Under the pieces are notes generated by a model. It was not told where the DNA came from. It searched no databases and saw only the letters and a list, made by a program, of their open reading frames with translations. The position numbers and the translations under genes were made by a program. Of a stretch of DNA of 64,000 nt, positions 27,288 to 36,919 are shown piece by piece. The DNA is from an uncultured archaeon (GTDB lineage Archaea; Iainarchaeota; Iainarchaeia; Iainarchaeales; 1-14-0-10-31-34): contig CAZSOZ010000004.1 of assembly GCA_964608675.1 (NCBI GenBank), positions 1-64,000 of the forward strand, written 5' to 3'. Positions within the stretch are counted from its first letter, which is position 1; each line of letters starts with the position of its first letter.

Positions 27288-28616
27288 ATGAAGTTTGCGG
27301 TTTTTGATGTTGATGGAACTTTAGTTAATGGTTCGATTGGCGCTGATTTTGTTGAATGGCTTTCAAAAAGAAATCACTTTCCAAAGAAATACTCTGTTAA
27401 AATAAGAAAAGCAATTCAAGAACAGGAAAAAGGAAGAATCTCTTATGCTAAAAGAGGGGAATTATTAATTAAATACTGGGCTTTAGGTTTTAAGGGAAAG
27501 AAAAAAAGTGAAATAAAAAAACTTGCATTAGAGTTCATTGAGTCCTATGAAAAAATTTTTTTTGGTTCACAGGAATTAATGCTTTTATTGAAAGCAAAAA
27601 ACTATTATTTGATTGCTTTGTCTAGAGCGTTTGAGGAAATCCTTGAAGCATTAAAATCAAGGCTTTTTTTTGACTGTATTATTGGAACAAAATTTGAAGT
27701 AAAACAGGAAAAATATACTGGAAAACCTTTGAATGAAATGTGGGACGAAGAAATAAAAGGAAAATTGTTGGTTGAAGTAATCAGAAAAAATAATTTTGAT
27801 TTAAATGATTCTCTTGCTTTTGGAGACAGCGAACAGGATTATTTTATGATGAGTCTAGTTGAACGGCCGATTTGCTCTAATCCTTCAGGTAAACTTGATG
27901 GGTTGTGTGAAAACCGCGGATGGAAAAGATTTAATTCAATTGAATATGCTTTAAATGAATTAAAGCAGGGAAAAATTGTTGCAGAACACTCTTGGTTTGA
28001 GCATTACGCAAAAAAATACAGAAGGTTGATTATGGACAAAGAAATGTTTGAAGACGTATTAAAAAAAGGCAAACCTTTTCTTAAAACAGTTAAAAGGCAG
28101 GTAAAAGAAAAAGCAAGGCTTTTGGAAACAGGCTGTGGGTTGGGAAGAACTGTTGTGGCCTTGTCTTTAATGGATTACAGAATAACTGCAATTGATTCTG
28201 ATGCAAGGCTTTTGGAGACAGCAAAAATTAACACAAAAAATTACGGCAAAAAAATTGAATTTAGGGAAATGAATTTTTTTGAGGTATTGAATGTTTTTGG
28301 AGAAAATTCTTTTGATGCAGTAACCCATCAAGGGGTATTAGAGCATTTTTCTGATTCCAGAATGAAAAAATTACTGAAATTGCAGTTAAAAATTGCGCCA
28401 AAAATAATTTTTTCTGTTCCCTTAAAAACAAAAGAAAATTTTGAGTATTTCAAGTATGATAAAATCGGGCACAGAAATTTGTGGACTAAAAAAAAATGGA
28501 AGCAGTTTTTATCTGAATTTAATGTAATTGAATTTTTTGAAGCAAAACAAAGAACAAAGAATTTAATTGTTGTAATTAAAAGAAAAAAAATAAAAGAAAG
28601 CAAAAAGTATGGCTGA
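27288..28616 (+). CDS. HAD-IB (SerB-like) phosphatase fused to class I SAM methyltransferase
   Basis: FDVDGTL and AFGDSEQD; LLETGCGLG, AIDSD and FDAVTHQGVLEHF. Confidence 0.85.
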   Translation: MKFAVFDVDGTLVNGSIGADFVEWLSKRNHFPKKYSVKIRKAIQEQEKGRISYAKRGELLIKYWALGFKGKKKSEIKKLALEFIESYEKIFFGSQELMLLLKAKNYYLIALSRAFEEILEALKSRLFFDCIIGTKFEVKQEKYTGKPLNEMWDEEIKGKLLVEVIRKNNFDLNDSLAFGDSEQDYFMMSLVERPICSNPSGKLDGLCENRGWKRFNSIEYALNELKQGKIVAEHSWFEHYAKKYRRLIMDKEMFEDVLKKGKPFLKTVKRQVKEKARLLETGCGLGRTVVALSLMDYRITAIDSDARLLETAKINTKNYGKKIEFREMNFFEVLNVFGENSFDAVTHQGVLEHFSDSRMKKLLKLQLKIAPKIIFSVPLKTKENFEYFKYDKIGHRNLWTKKKWKQFLSEFNVIEFFEAKQRTKNLIVVIKRKKIKESKKYG

Positions 28617-28622
28617 AAATTT

Positions 28623-29342
28623 ATGGAAAAAAAGTTTGCGGTTTTTGATGTGGATGGAACTTTGCTGGAAATGGCTGTTCCAACTGATTTTATTTTGTGG
28701 CTTGTTGAAAAAAACAGGTTTCCAAACAAAACAGTGAAAGAAATAAAGAAAATAATTAAACTTCATGAAGCAGGAAAAATTTCGTGGAAAGAAAGAGGAT
28801 ACAAAGTACTGCATTTTTGGGCAAAAGGATTTAAGGGAAAAAAGAAAGCAGAAATTCAAATGCTTGCAGAAGAGTTTATGAAAGAATACAATAAAATTTT
28901 TCTTGGTTCAATTGAAGTAATGAATTACTTAAAAAAAGAAGGCTATTATTTGATTGCAGTTTCTCGTTCTTTTGAGGAAATTCTTAAGGCATTAAAATTA
29001 AAACTGCCTTTTGATTTTGTTGTTGGAACAAAATTTGAAGTCAAAAAAGGAATTTTCACTGGAAAACTTGAAAACAGAATGTGGGAACACAAAATAAAAA
29101 AACAGGTTTTAATGGAATTAATTAAAGAAAAAAATTTTTCTTTAGAAAAATCTTTTGCTTTTGGAGACAGTGAACAGGATTCGCATATGATGAAATTAGT
29201 GGAATTTCCTGTTTGCGTTAATTCTTCTTTTGAATTAAAAAGGATTGCTGAAAAAAACAACTGGAAAACTTTTAATTCAATTCAGGATTTCTTTTTTGAA
29301 TTAAAGAAAAAAGGAATTCAAAACCTTAATTTAAAAAAATAA
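28623..29342 (+). CDS. HAD-IB phosphatase, tandem paralog of the upstream HAD domain
   Basis: FAVFDVDGTL, WAKGFKGKKK, SRSFEEIL, GTKFEVK and AFGDSEQD shared with the upstream gene. Confidence 0.9.
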   Translation: MEKKFAVFDVDGTLLEMAVPTDFILWLVEKNRFPNKTVKEIKKIIKLHEAGKISWKERGYKVLHFWAKGFKGKKKAEIQMLAEEFMKEYNKIFLGSIEVMNYLKKEGYYLIAVSRSFEEILKALKLKLPFDFVVGTKFEVKKGIFTGKLENRMWEHKIKKQVLMELIKEKNFSLEKSFAFGDSEQDSHMMKLVEFPVCVNSSFELKRIAEKNNWKTFNSIQDFFFELKKKGIQNLNLKK

Positions 29343-29343
29343 A

Positions 29344-30156
29344 TTATAAACGTCTTTTTGGTTTTATTTTTTGTTTGCTTCTTTTTTTTTCGGCGTTTTC
29401 TCTTCTTTTTTTTGTTAGATGTCTTTTTTTTGTCATTTGTTTTTTTATTGTGTTTGCAATTTCTTTTGGTTTTATTTCAATCATTCCAATTTTTTTTATG
29501 TGTCTTGCGAGCCTTTGAATGTTTTTTTTATTTACTTCAGTGAATACTGGGTCAACTGTTTTTTTAATGTTTTCAGGAATTGAATTGTTATTTAATCTGT
29601 AAAGATGTCTTCCTATTTGGAGTCCTAGTCCCTGCATTCTTAATTTAAAGTACTGAAATTTAGTCATTTTTTTTAAATTTATGTTGAATTGTCCTCCAAC
29701 TTCAATTAAATCAAAATGTTGTTTTAATCCAAAAGGCTTTTTGAAAACTTCAGGATATTTTTTTAGGGCGGGGTTAACGAGTCCTTTTCGGTTTATTATA
29801 GATACTGCTTCTTGATATCTTTTAAGCATTATTTTGTGAGGAATGCTTCTTAGCTGGAATCCTGCTGCGCTGATGGCTATTGCGCCTATTGCTGCAGGAA
29901 GATTTCCTGATGCTGCAGAAACAAGTCCTGCTCCAATCATTAAATTAGAAAAAGTAGTCGTTATAGTTTTTGCATCTCTTGCAGAATGCAGTGTTTTCAT
30001 TTGTCCTTTTTTGGGTTTCTGTCCTTTTAAAATAACGTCTCCTATTGTCTGAGACCTGAGTTTTTTTTGGAGTTCTGGATTAAGGTCTTTGAATGGAATT
30101 TTAATAATTTTTTCATTGCCCTTAATTGTTTTATTTTTTTTTTTCATTAAATTCAT
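29344..30156 (-). CDS. Hypothetical highly basic protein with small-residue hydrophobic hairpin
   Basis: 270-aa ORF; MIGAGLVSAASGNLPAAIGAIAISAAGF segment; K/R-rich C-terminus. Confidence 0.6.
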   Translation of the reverse strand: MNLMKKKNKTIKGNEKIIKIPFKDLNPELQKKLRSQTIGDVILKGQKPKKGQMKTLHSARDAKTITTTFSNLMIGAGLVSAASGNLPAAIGAIAISAAGFQLRSIPHKIMLKRYQEAVSIINRKGLVNPALKKYPEVFKKPFGLKQHFDLIEVGGQFNINLKKMTKFQYFKLRMQGLGLQIGRHLYRLNNNSIPENIKKTVDPVFTEVNKKNIQRLARHIKKIGMIEIKPKEIANTIKKQMTKKRHLTKKRRENAEKKRSKQKIKPKRRL

Positions 30157-30244
30157 GTTTAAATAATATTTTTTTGTTAATAAAAGCTTTTTCTGAGAAA
30201 AACAATTAAATAGTCTTTTGTGTATTTTTTTATTTGTGGATTTA

Positions 30245-30682
30245 ATGAAATTAAATGAAATGACTGATGATAAAATGGATGACTTTTTGTTTAAAGGTCT
30301 TGTGGTTGTTTTAATTGTTGTTTTGTCTGCTTTAATGATTTATTCTTATTTGAATTTAGAGCCTGAAACTTTTACTCAGGTTTATTTTATTCCAGATAAA
30401 ATTCCTGATTCAGTTCAAGTAAATGAGAAAATTCCTGTTGTTTTTGAAATAGATAACAGAGAAGGAAAATCAATTGAATACGAATATAAAATGTTTTTTG
30501 AAGGAGAACAAGTTAATTTTTTTGAAAGAAGTGTTTTGGTTGAAAACAATGAAAAAAAAAGGATTACTGAAAAAATTGTTTTTAGTGACTCCACTGATGG
30601 AAAACAAAAATTTGTTGTAGAAGTTTATAAACCTGAAATGGAAGAACCTTATTCAATTTGGTTTTGGATTGAAGTCAAATAA
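30245..30682 (+). CDS. Membrane-anchored DUF1616-like Ig-fold protein
   Basis: TM helix, then ETFTQVYF..., IDNREGKSIEY and YSIWFWIEV. Confidence 0.7.
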   Translation: MKLNEMTDDKMDDFLFKGLVVVLIVVLSALMIYSYLNLEPETFTQVYFIPDKIPDSVQVNEKIPVVFEIDNREGKSIEYEYKMFFEGEQVNFFERSVLVENNEKKRITEKIVFSDSTDGKQKFVVEVYKPEMEEPYSIWFWIEVK

Positions 30683-30775
30683 TTTTTTTTTAGGCAGGGC
30701 TGAGTGAAACGAATGCCGTGTTCGGATGCCAGCTGGCCGTGACAGCTGTGGTTTTGGATTGAAGTCAAATAATTT
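30659..30775. repeat. 27-bp direct repeat (30659-30685 and 30749-30775) flanking a 63-bp GC-rich insert
   Basis: TGGTTTTGGATTGAAGTCAAATAATTT occurs twice, 90 bp apart. Confidence 0.85.
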
Positions 30776-31877
30776 ATTTTTTCTTTTTTTTCTTTTGTTT
30801 TTTAGTTTTATTTTTTGGCTTTAAAGCTGAATCAAGGAGTTTTTTGGCTTTTTTGTAGCCTAATTCTTTTTCTAGTTCCTGTATTTTTTTGTTTCTGTCG
30901 TCAATAATTTTTTCAAATTCTTCTAATAGTTTGTCTTTTTCTTTCATTGCACTTTTTTCCATTTGCATTTTTTCTCTTAAATCCTGTTCTATTTCTTTTT
31001 TTGCCTGAATTTTTGATTCATTTAATTTAAGGAGTTCTTTTGAGTACATGCTTCTTAAGTTAAGGGAATCTGATTCTATTTCCATTAACATTTGTTTTGC
31101 ATTATCTCTTTCTGTTTTAAGCATTGAAATTATTTCGTTTGCTTTTTCTGTTAATTCAGTTGAAAGATTTTCAAGTACTTTGCTTTTTAATCTTAATTCA
31201 TTGAATTCAGAGTTAACTGAATCCATTTTTTTTCTGAAGTCCGCAAAACCGTTTTCAATGATTCTGCTTTCTGCTTCGGTTTTTCCTGCTAATTCCATGA
31301 ATTCTTTTTCTTTTTCTCCTGCACTTTTTTCTCCTAAATTTACTTCAAGGCTTTTATGCTTTAATTTTTCGTATTTTTCTCTTAAGTTTTCTAATTCTTT
31401 TTCTTTTGTTTGAAGCAAATTTAATATATTTTTTGCTGTAGCTTTTTCTTGTTCAGGGGTAATTCTTTCTTTTATTGCATGCAAATGAACTCTTTCTATT
31501 GCAAACCTTGTTTTTAACAGCAGGGACATTATTTTTTCTCCGACAAAAGCATATAATTCTGGCACTTCAGTTTTGTCTTTTAAGTCAAATGGAATTTCTT
31601 TTTTTGCTTCTTCTAATGCAATGTTTCTTCTTAATGAAATAAGTGTTTTGCTGTAAGCTTTAATTAATGGAGTTAAATCAGGGGAATCCACTGAAGGTTC
31701 TTTTTCTATTCTTTTATGGAGTTCTTCAATTATTTCAAGTATTTCTTCTAGTCTTGCAATGGTTTTGTTTACTGCGTGAACAAAGATTTTTCTTGAATAA
31801 TGCTTCCATTCGTTTGAAGTAATACTTTCGTGCAGTTCGTTTGCTTTATACAGCAATTTATCAAGAATGTTTTCCAT
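30774..31877 (-). CDS. Coiled-coil hypothetical protein
   Basis: E/K/L heptad-rich, 367 aa. Confidence 0.7.
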   Translation of the reverse strand: MENILDKLLYKANELHESITSNEWKHYSRKIFVHAVNKTIARLEEILEIIEELHKRIEKEPSVDSPDLTPLIKAYSKTLISLRRNIALEEAKKEIPFDLKDKTEVPELYAFVGEKIMSLLLKTRFAIERVHLHAIKERITPEQEKATAKNILNLLQTKEKELENLREKYEKLKHKSLEVNLGEKSAGEKEKEFMELAGKTEAESRIIENGFADFRKKMDSVNSEFNELRLKSKVLENLSTELTEKANEIISMLKTERDNAKQMLMEIESDSLNLRSMYSKELLKLNESKIQAKKEIEQDLREKMQMEKSAMKEKDKLLEEFEKIIDDRNKKIQELEKELGYKKAKKLLDSALKPKNKTKKQKKKKKK

Positions 31878-31935
31878 AATCCCATATTTATTTCATCCTT
31901 TTAGTTTATATTTTTATTCCATTTTTTCTTTTTTT

Positions 31936-32922
31936 ATGGTTAAAATAAAGCACGATAAAGGATTCTTGTTTGGTGAAACAGTAATTGACCCGCATGTTTG
32001 TTCGGTTAAAAGAAAAAATTTTATTATTTCTCATGCTCATTCGGATCATGCAAAAGTTTCCAGAGCAAAAGAAAAAACTTTTTTTATGACTCCTGAAACA
32101 AAGAAATTAATTGCTTCAAGGCAGAAAAAAGAATTTAATTGCAGTGAATCGGTTTTCAAAAAAAAGTTTGTGTTGGATGAAAACGAGTTTGTTTTTTTTC
32201 ATTCAGGGCATATTCTTGGAAGCTCTCAGATTCAAATTAATTCAGGGGAAATTGTGTTTACTTCAGATTTCAAGTTAAGTGATTCTGTTTTGTTTAAAGG
32301 CGCAGAAGTTTTGGAGGCTGAAACTTTGGTGGTGGAATCAACTTTTGGTTTGCCTGAATATGTTTTTCCTGAAAGAAAAAAAGTTTATGAACAAATAGAA
32401 AAATGGGGCAAACAGGAATTAAAGGAAAACAGGCTTTTAGTTTTGGGAGGTTATTCTGTGGGAAAAGCACAGGAGTTAACTAAGATTTCAAATGTTTTTT
32501 TGAATGAAACGCCTTTGATTCATCAGGCAATTCTGAAACCTAATCAAGTGTATGAAGAGCATGGAGTTAATTTAGGAAAATTTGAGTTGTTGAATCATAA
32601 CTTAAAGGATTTTAATGTTTTGATTATGCCTCCTCATTTAATGAATCCTGATTTAATTAAGGCTTTGGAGATTTCTTGTGGAAGAAATGTTTCTCCTGCT
32701 GTTTTTTCTGGTTGGAATGGTTTTTATGGAACAAAATCGTTTCCTTTGTCTGATCACGCAGATTTTAATCAGTTAATTGAATACGTAAGAGAATCAGGGG
32801 CAAAAAATGTTTTGACTCATCATGGTTTTGCAGAAGAATTTGCTTTGTCTTTAAGAAGAAAACTTGGAGTTAATGCAAGGCCTTTGAATGGAAATTCTCA
32901 GAGTTGTCTGCTGGATTTTTAA
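31936..32922 (+). CDS. Metallo-beta-lactamase/beta-CASP nuclease (ligase-associated exonuclease-like)
   Basis: SHAHSDH, SGHILGS, ESTFGLPEY, YSVGKAQE, LSDHADF and THHG. Confidence 0.85.
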   Translation: MVKIKHDKGFLFGETVIDPHVCSVKRKNFIISHAHSDHAKVSRAKEKTFFMTPETKKLIASRQKKEFNCSESVFKKKFVLDENEFVFFHSGHILGSSQIQINSGEIVFTSDFKLSDSVLFKGAEVLEAETLVVESTFGLPEYVFPERKKVYEQIEKWGKQELKENRLLVLGGYSVGKAQELTKISNVFLNETPLIHQAILKPNQVYEEHGVNLGKFELLNHNLKDFNVLIMPPHLMNPDLIKALEISCGRNVSPAVFSGWNGFYGTKSFPLSDHADFNQLIEYVRESGAKNVLTHHGFAEEFALSLRRKLGVNARPLNGNSQSCLLDF

Positions 32923-32963
32923 AACAGAAAACATTAAGTATTTCTTTGAACTATTGATTTATT

Positions 32964-34139
32964 ATGATTGATTCAAATTTGTTGTTGTTTTTTGTTGTAG
33001 TTTTGTTTGCTTTTGTTTTTGGCGAAATTTTTTACAGGTTTCATTTGCCAAGAATTATCGGGCAAATTTTTGCAGGCCTTGTTTTGGGTTTGCCTTTTTG
33101 GACTCAAATTTTTTCTTTGGAAAGCAATCAAATGATTTTGGTTTTATCTGAATTGGGCATAATTTTTTTATTGATTTTAACTGGATTGGAAATTGATTTA
33201 AGCAGATTAAAGCAGTGCTCTAAGGAAGTTTTTTTTATTTCTTTTTTTTCTGTTTTAATTCCTTTTATTTTTGGTTTTATTTTTGTTTTTTTGGTTTATA
33301 ATTCTTTGATTTTTGCTTTTATTGGAGGAGCTGCTTTGTCTGTTACTTCTGAGGCAACTAAATCTATTACTTTAATGAAAAAAAATGTTTTTAGAACTAA
33401 TTTAGGGGAAATAATGGTTTTATCTGGGGCAATAAATGTTATTTTTGAATTAGTTTTTTTGTCTTTGCTTTTGTTTTTTGTAGGAGAAACTTCTGGAAGA
33501 GATTTGGCTTTAATTCCTATTGAAATGATTGGTTTTTTGGTTGCAGTTTTTATTGCATTAAAGCTTCTGCCAAAATTTGTTGCTTTGTTTAAGCAGGAAA
33601 GTGAAGATGAATATTTTTCTTTGGCTTTATTGATTGCTTTTGGAATTGCTTTTTTGGCTTCTTTGCTTTCATTAGGAACCATTATAGGGGCTTTGGTTGC
33701 AGGGCTTTTATTAAGAAAGGCATTTAAATCAGAAAAAGTAGAGCATGCAATTGAAAACCATTTAAGGGTTTTGACGTTTGCTTTAATTATTCCTTTTTTT
33801 CATTTGCATATTGGATTAAATTTTGCTTTTGAATCGCTTGTTTTGAATCCTTTAATTATTTTTGCGGTGTTAATTATTGCTTTTTCTGGAAAAATAATTG
33901 GAACTTTAATTACAAAGCCTTTTTCTGTGCTTTCATCGAAACAACTTATTTTAGTAGGGTGGGGAATGAATTCAAGGGGGTTTATGGAATTAATTATTTT
34001 GTCTATTGTTTTAAGAAGTCAAATAAGTTTTCCTGAAGAACTTTATACGGCAATTGTTTTTATGACAATAATTACAACAATTGCTTTTCCTATTGCATTA
34101 GATTATTATTTAAAAAAATATCCTAACATAATGAATTAA
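32964..34139 (+). CDS. CPA2 cation:proton antiporter
   Basis: LPRIIGQI.AGLVLG, ELGIIFLL..TGLE, GKIIG and GMNSRG. Confidence 0.85.
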   Translation: MIDSNLLLFFVVVLFAFVFGEIFYRFHLPRIIGQIFAGLVLGLPFWTQIFSLESNQMILVLSELGIIFLLILTGLEIDLSRLKQCSKEVFFISFFSVLIPFIFGFIFVFLVYNSLIFAFIGGAALSVTSEATKSITLMKKNVFRTNLGEIMVLSGAINVIFELVFLSLLLFFVGETSGRDLALIPIEMIGFLVAVFIALKLLPKFVALFKQESEDEYFSLALLIAFGIAFLASLLSLGTIIGALVAGLLLRKAFKSEKVEHAIENHLRVLTFALIIPFFHLHIGLNFAFESLVLNPLIIFAVLIIAFSGKIIGTLITKPFSVLSSKQLILVGWGMNSRGFMELIILSIVLRSQISFPEELYTAIVFMTIITTIAFPIALDYYLKKYPNIMN

Positions 34140-34169
34140 TTTAATTGTTTTTTGCAGTTAATTTTTTTT

Positions 34170-34871
34170 ATGAACCCCAAAAAACTTTACGAAAAACTGT
34201 TTTTTGTTTATGGAGAACAAAAATGGTGGCCTATAACAGATAATAAAAAAATTTTTCCTGAATACCTTGAAAGGAAATCTTTAACAGAAAAACAGAAGCT
34301 TGAAGTGTGTTTTGGAGCAATTTTAACGCAGAATACTTCTTGGAGAAACGTGGAAAAAGTAGTAATTCAGCTGAATAAAAATAATTTAATTGACGCAAAA
34401 AAAATTTTAAAAACAAGAAAAGAAAAATTATCTGAATTAATTAAAAGTGCAGGATACTTTAATCAGAAAACAGTTTATTTGAAAGAATTTTGCAGGCATT
34501 TAAAGAAATACGATTTTTCAGTTAACTCTTTTTTTGTTAATTCAAGTGATTTAAGAACTGAATTGCTTTCAATTAAGGGAATAGGAAAAGAAACAGCAGA
34601 TTCTATTTTATTGTATTCTGCAGGAAAACCTTTTTTTGTAGTTGATGCTTACACTAAAAGAATAATGGAAAGATTAACAGGAAAACAGGAAAATAATTAT
34701 GATGTTTTGCAGGATTTATTTTATTCATCTTTGGAGAAAAATGCTTTTTTGTTTAATGAATTTCATGCTTTGCTTGTAGAGCACGCAAAACAGTTTTGTC
34801 AAAAAAAACCTTTATGCAAAAATTGTTTTCTGAAAAAAGAGTGTTTTTCTGCAAAAAGCAATTTATTTTAA
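34170..34871 (+). CDS. Endonuclease III-related HhH-GPD DNA glycosylase with 4Fe-4S motif
   Basis: GAILTQNTSW, LLSIKGIGKETADSILLY, VVDAY and C-x6-C-x2-C-x5-C. Confidence 0.9.
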   Translation: MNPKKLYEKLFFVYGEQKWWPITDNKKIFPEYLERKSLTEKQKLEVCFGAILTQNTSWRNVEKVVIQLNKNNLIDAKKILKTRKEKLSELIKSAGYFNQKTVYLKEFCRHLKKYDFSVNSFFVNSSDLRTELLSIKGIGKETADSILLYSAGKPFFVVDAYTKRIMERLTGKQENNYDVLQDLFYSSLEKNAFLFNEFHALLVEHAKQFCQKKPLCKNCFLKKECFSAKSNLF

Positions 34872-34906
34872 AATGAAACTCTCTATAAAATAGAAAGAGT
34901 GGTTAA

Positions 34907-36307
34907 ATGAAGAGAACTCATTATTGCGGGGAACTGGCTGAAAAAGATGAAGGAAAAAAAGTTGTTTTAGAAGGCTGGATTCACAGCATAAGAAACCAGA
35001 AAAAATTTGCTTTTATTGATTTAAGGGATAGAACAGGTTTTACTCAGTTGTTTGTTTCAAAAAAAGATAAAAAAACACAGGAAATGGTTGATTCTTTTTT
35101 GAATGAATTTGTTTTAAGAATTCACGGCATAGTAAAAAAAAGACCTGATCCTAATCTAAAGATTTCCACAGGCAAAATTGAAGTTAGTGTTCAGGGAATT
35201 CAAGTTTTGAATCCTTCAAAACCTGTTCCTTTTGCTGTTGAAGATGAAGTGAAAGCAAACGAGGACACAAGATTAAAGTACAGGTATTTGGATTTAAGAA
35301 GGCCTAAAATGTTTCAGAATCTGCTGTTAAGACATAAGGTAATTAAAACAATGAGAGATTTTTTTGATTCACAGGGTTTTCTTGAAGTTGAAACCCCTGA
35401 ATTATCAAAGAGCACTCCTGAAGGCGCAAGAGATTATTTGATTCCAAGCAGAAAATTTCAAGGCAAATTTTTTGCTTTGCCTCAAAGCCCGCAGATTTAC
35501 AAACAGCTTTTGATGGTTGCAGGAATAGATAAATATTTTCAGATTGCAAAATGTTTTCGTGATGAAGATTTAAGAGGGGATCGTCAGCCTGAATTCACTC
35601 AATTGGATTTGGAAATGAGTTTTGTTGAAGAAGAAGACATTTATTCTTTAATAGAAAAAATGATGCAGTATGTTTTTGAAAAAGCATTGAATGAAAAAAT
35701 AAAGATTCCTTTTCCTAGAATGGCTTATGCTGAAGCAGTTAAAAAATATAAGACAGATAAACCTGATACAAGAAAAGAAACAAAACAAAAGCATTCTTTT
35801 TTGTGGGTAATTGATTTTCCTTTGTTTGAAGAAAATGAATTAAAACAGGTTGTACCTTGTCATCATCCTTTTACTCAATACAACAAAGAAGACGAAAAAT
35901 TGTTTGATTCAAGAAACAAAAATGAATTGTGTTCGATTAGAAGCCGTTCCTATGATTTGGTTTTGAATGGAACAGAATTAGGAAGCGGTTCAATAAGAAT
36001 TTATAATCAGGGCTCCCAGCAAAAAATATTTGATTTTTTAGGGATAACTAAAAAAGAAGCAGAACAAAAATTTGGTTTTCTGCTTAAAGCATTTCAGTAT
36101 GGTTGTCCTCCTCATGGGGGTTTTGCAATAGGATTAGACAGACTGTTAATGATTTTAACTGAAAGCATTTCCATAAGAGAGGTAATTGCTTTTCCAAAAA
36201 ACAAGCATAATGTTTCTTTGATGGAGGAAGCTCCAAGCACTGTTGAAAAAGAGCAGTTAGATGAACTTGGAATCAAAATAAAAAAAGAAAAAAAAGAATT
36301 AGAATAA
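34907..36307 (+). CDS. aspS: Aspartate-tRNA ligase, bacterial type, without GAD insertion domain
   Basis: MKRTHYCGEL, RLKYRYLDLRR, STPEGARDY, LPQSPQ, FRDEDLRGDRQPEFTQLD, HHPFT and PPHGGFAIGLDR. Confidence 0.93.
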   Translation: MKRTHYCGELAEKDEGKKVVLEGWIHSIRNQKKFAFIDLRDRTGFTQLFVSKKDKKTQEMVDSFLNEFVLRIHGIVKKRPDPNLKISTGKIEVSVQGIQVLNPSKPVPFAVEDEVKANEDTRLKYRYLDLRRPKMFQNLLLRHKVIKTMRDFFDSQGFLEVETPELSKSTPEGARDYLIPSRKFQGKFFALPQSPQIYKQLLMVAGIDKYFQIAKCFRDEDLRGDRQPEFTQLDLEMSFVEEEDIYSLIEKMMQYVFEKALNEKIKIPFPRMAYAEAVKKYKTDKPDTRKETKQKHSFLWVIDFPLFEENELKQVVPCHHPFTQYNKEDEKLFDSRNKNELCSIRSRSYDLVLNGTELGSGSIRIYNQGSQQKIFDFLGITKKEAEQKFGFLLKAFQYGCPPHGGFAIGLDRLLMILTESISIREVIAFPKNKHNVSLMEEAPSTVEKEQLDELGIKIKKEKKELE

Positions 36308-36342
36308 AAAAAAAATTTGACTGCTCTGGCAAAGAAATGCTG

Positions 36343-36801
36343 TTATTCTGTTTCCTCTAATACAATCATTGTAATAGTTTTGTCTATTCCTTCAATGTTT
36401 CTGAGTTTTTTTGTTATAAAACTGTTTAATTGCTGGACGTTTTTTGTTCTGACTTTAATCATTAAATCCATTTCTCCTGTAATTATGTCTGCTGATTCAA
36501 CAAATGGAAGCCTTGAAATTTTTTTTGCTATTTCCTGTTGTGAAATTTTGTGTTTTAAATTATAGTTTACGTTAGCCATAATGTAAGCGCACAATTTTAA
36601 TCCCATTTTGTGGGGGTCTATTTCAATTGAATATTTTTTGATTATTCCCTGTTCTTTTAATTTTTTTATTTTGTTGTGGACGGTAGTTAAGGGAATTTTT
36701 GTTTTTTTTGAAATCTGCCTTGAAGAAAGTTTGCTGTTTTTTTTCAAAAACTCAAGAATCTGCTCGCTTTTGTCGGAAATTTGTTCGCTTTTTTTAGGCA
36801 T
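36343..36801 (-). CDS. Lrp/AsnC-family transcriptional regulator
   Basis: N-terminal HTH (TTVHNKIKKL..GIIK) and RAM domain ITGEMDLMIKV; divergent from the asparagine synthetase gene. Confidence 0.9.
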   Translation of the reverse strand: MPKKSEQISDKSEQILEFLKKNSKLSSRQISKKTKIPLTTVHNKIKKLKEQGIIKKYSIEIDPHKMGLKLCAYIMANVNYNLKHKISQQEIAKKISRLPFVESADIITGEMDLMIKVRTKNVQQLNSFITKKLRNIEGIDKTITMIVLEETE

Positions 36802-36919
36802 AATGGAACAAATGTTCCAAAAAGCATTTAAATTATTGTATTTTTTAGAATTTTTTTCCATTTTTTTGGGATTTTTCTTATATAGTTCTTTGTGCAGTAT
36901 TATTTCAGGTGATTTTTTT

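Noticed and set aside
30659-30775. Mini-CRISPR array (repeat contains GTTT...ATTGAAG)
   Set aside because: Only two repeats with a 63-bp gap; the first repeat is the coding 3' end of a gene; no cas genes in the window
36608-36919. 104-aa N-terminal extension of asparagine synthetase in the ORF track
   Set aside because: It is the antisense shadow of the Lrp/AsnC gene; the RBS and family-like sequence begin at ATG 36920
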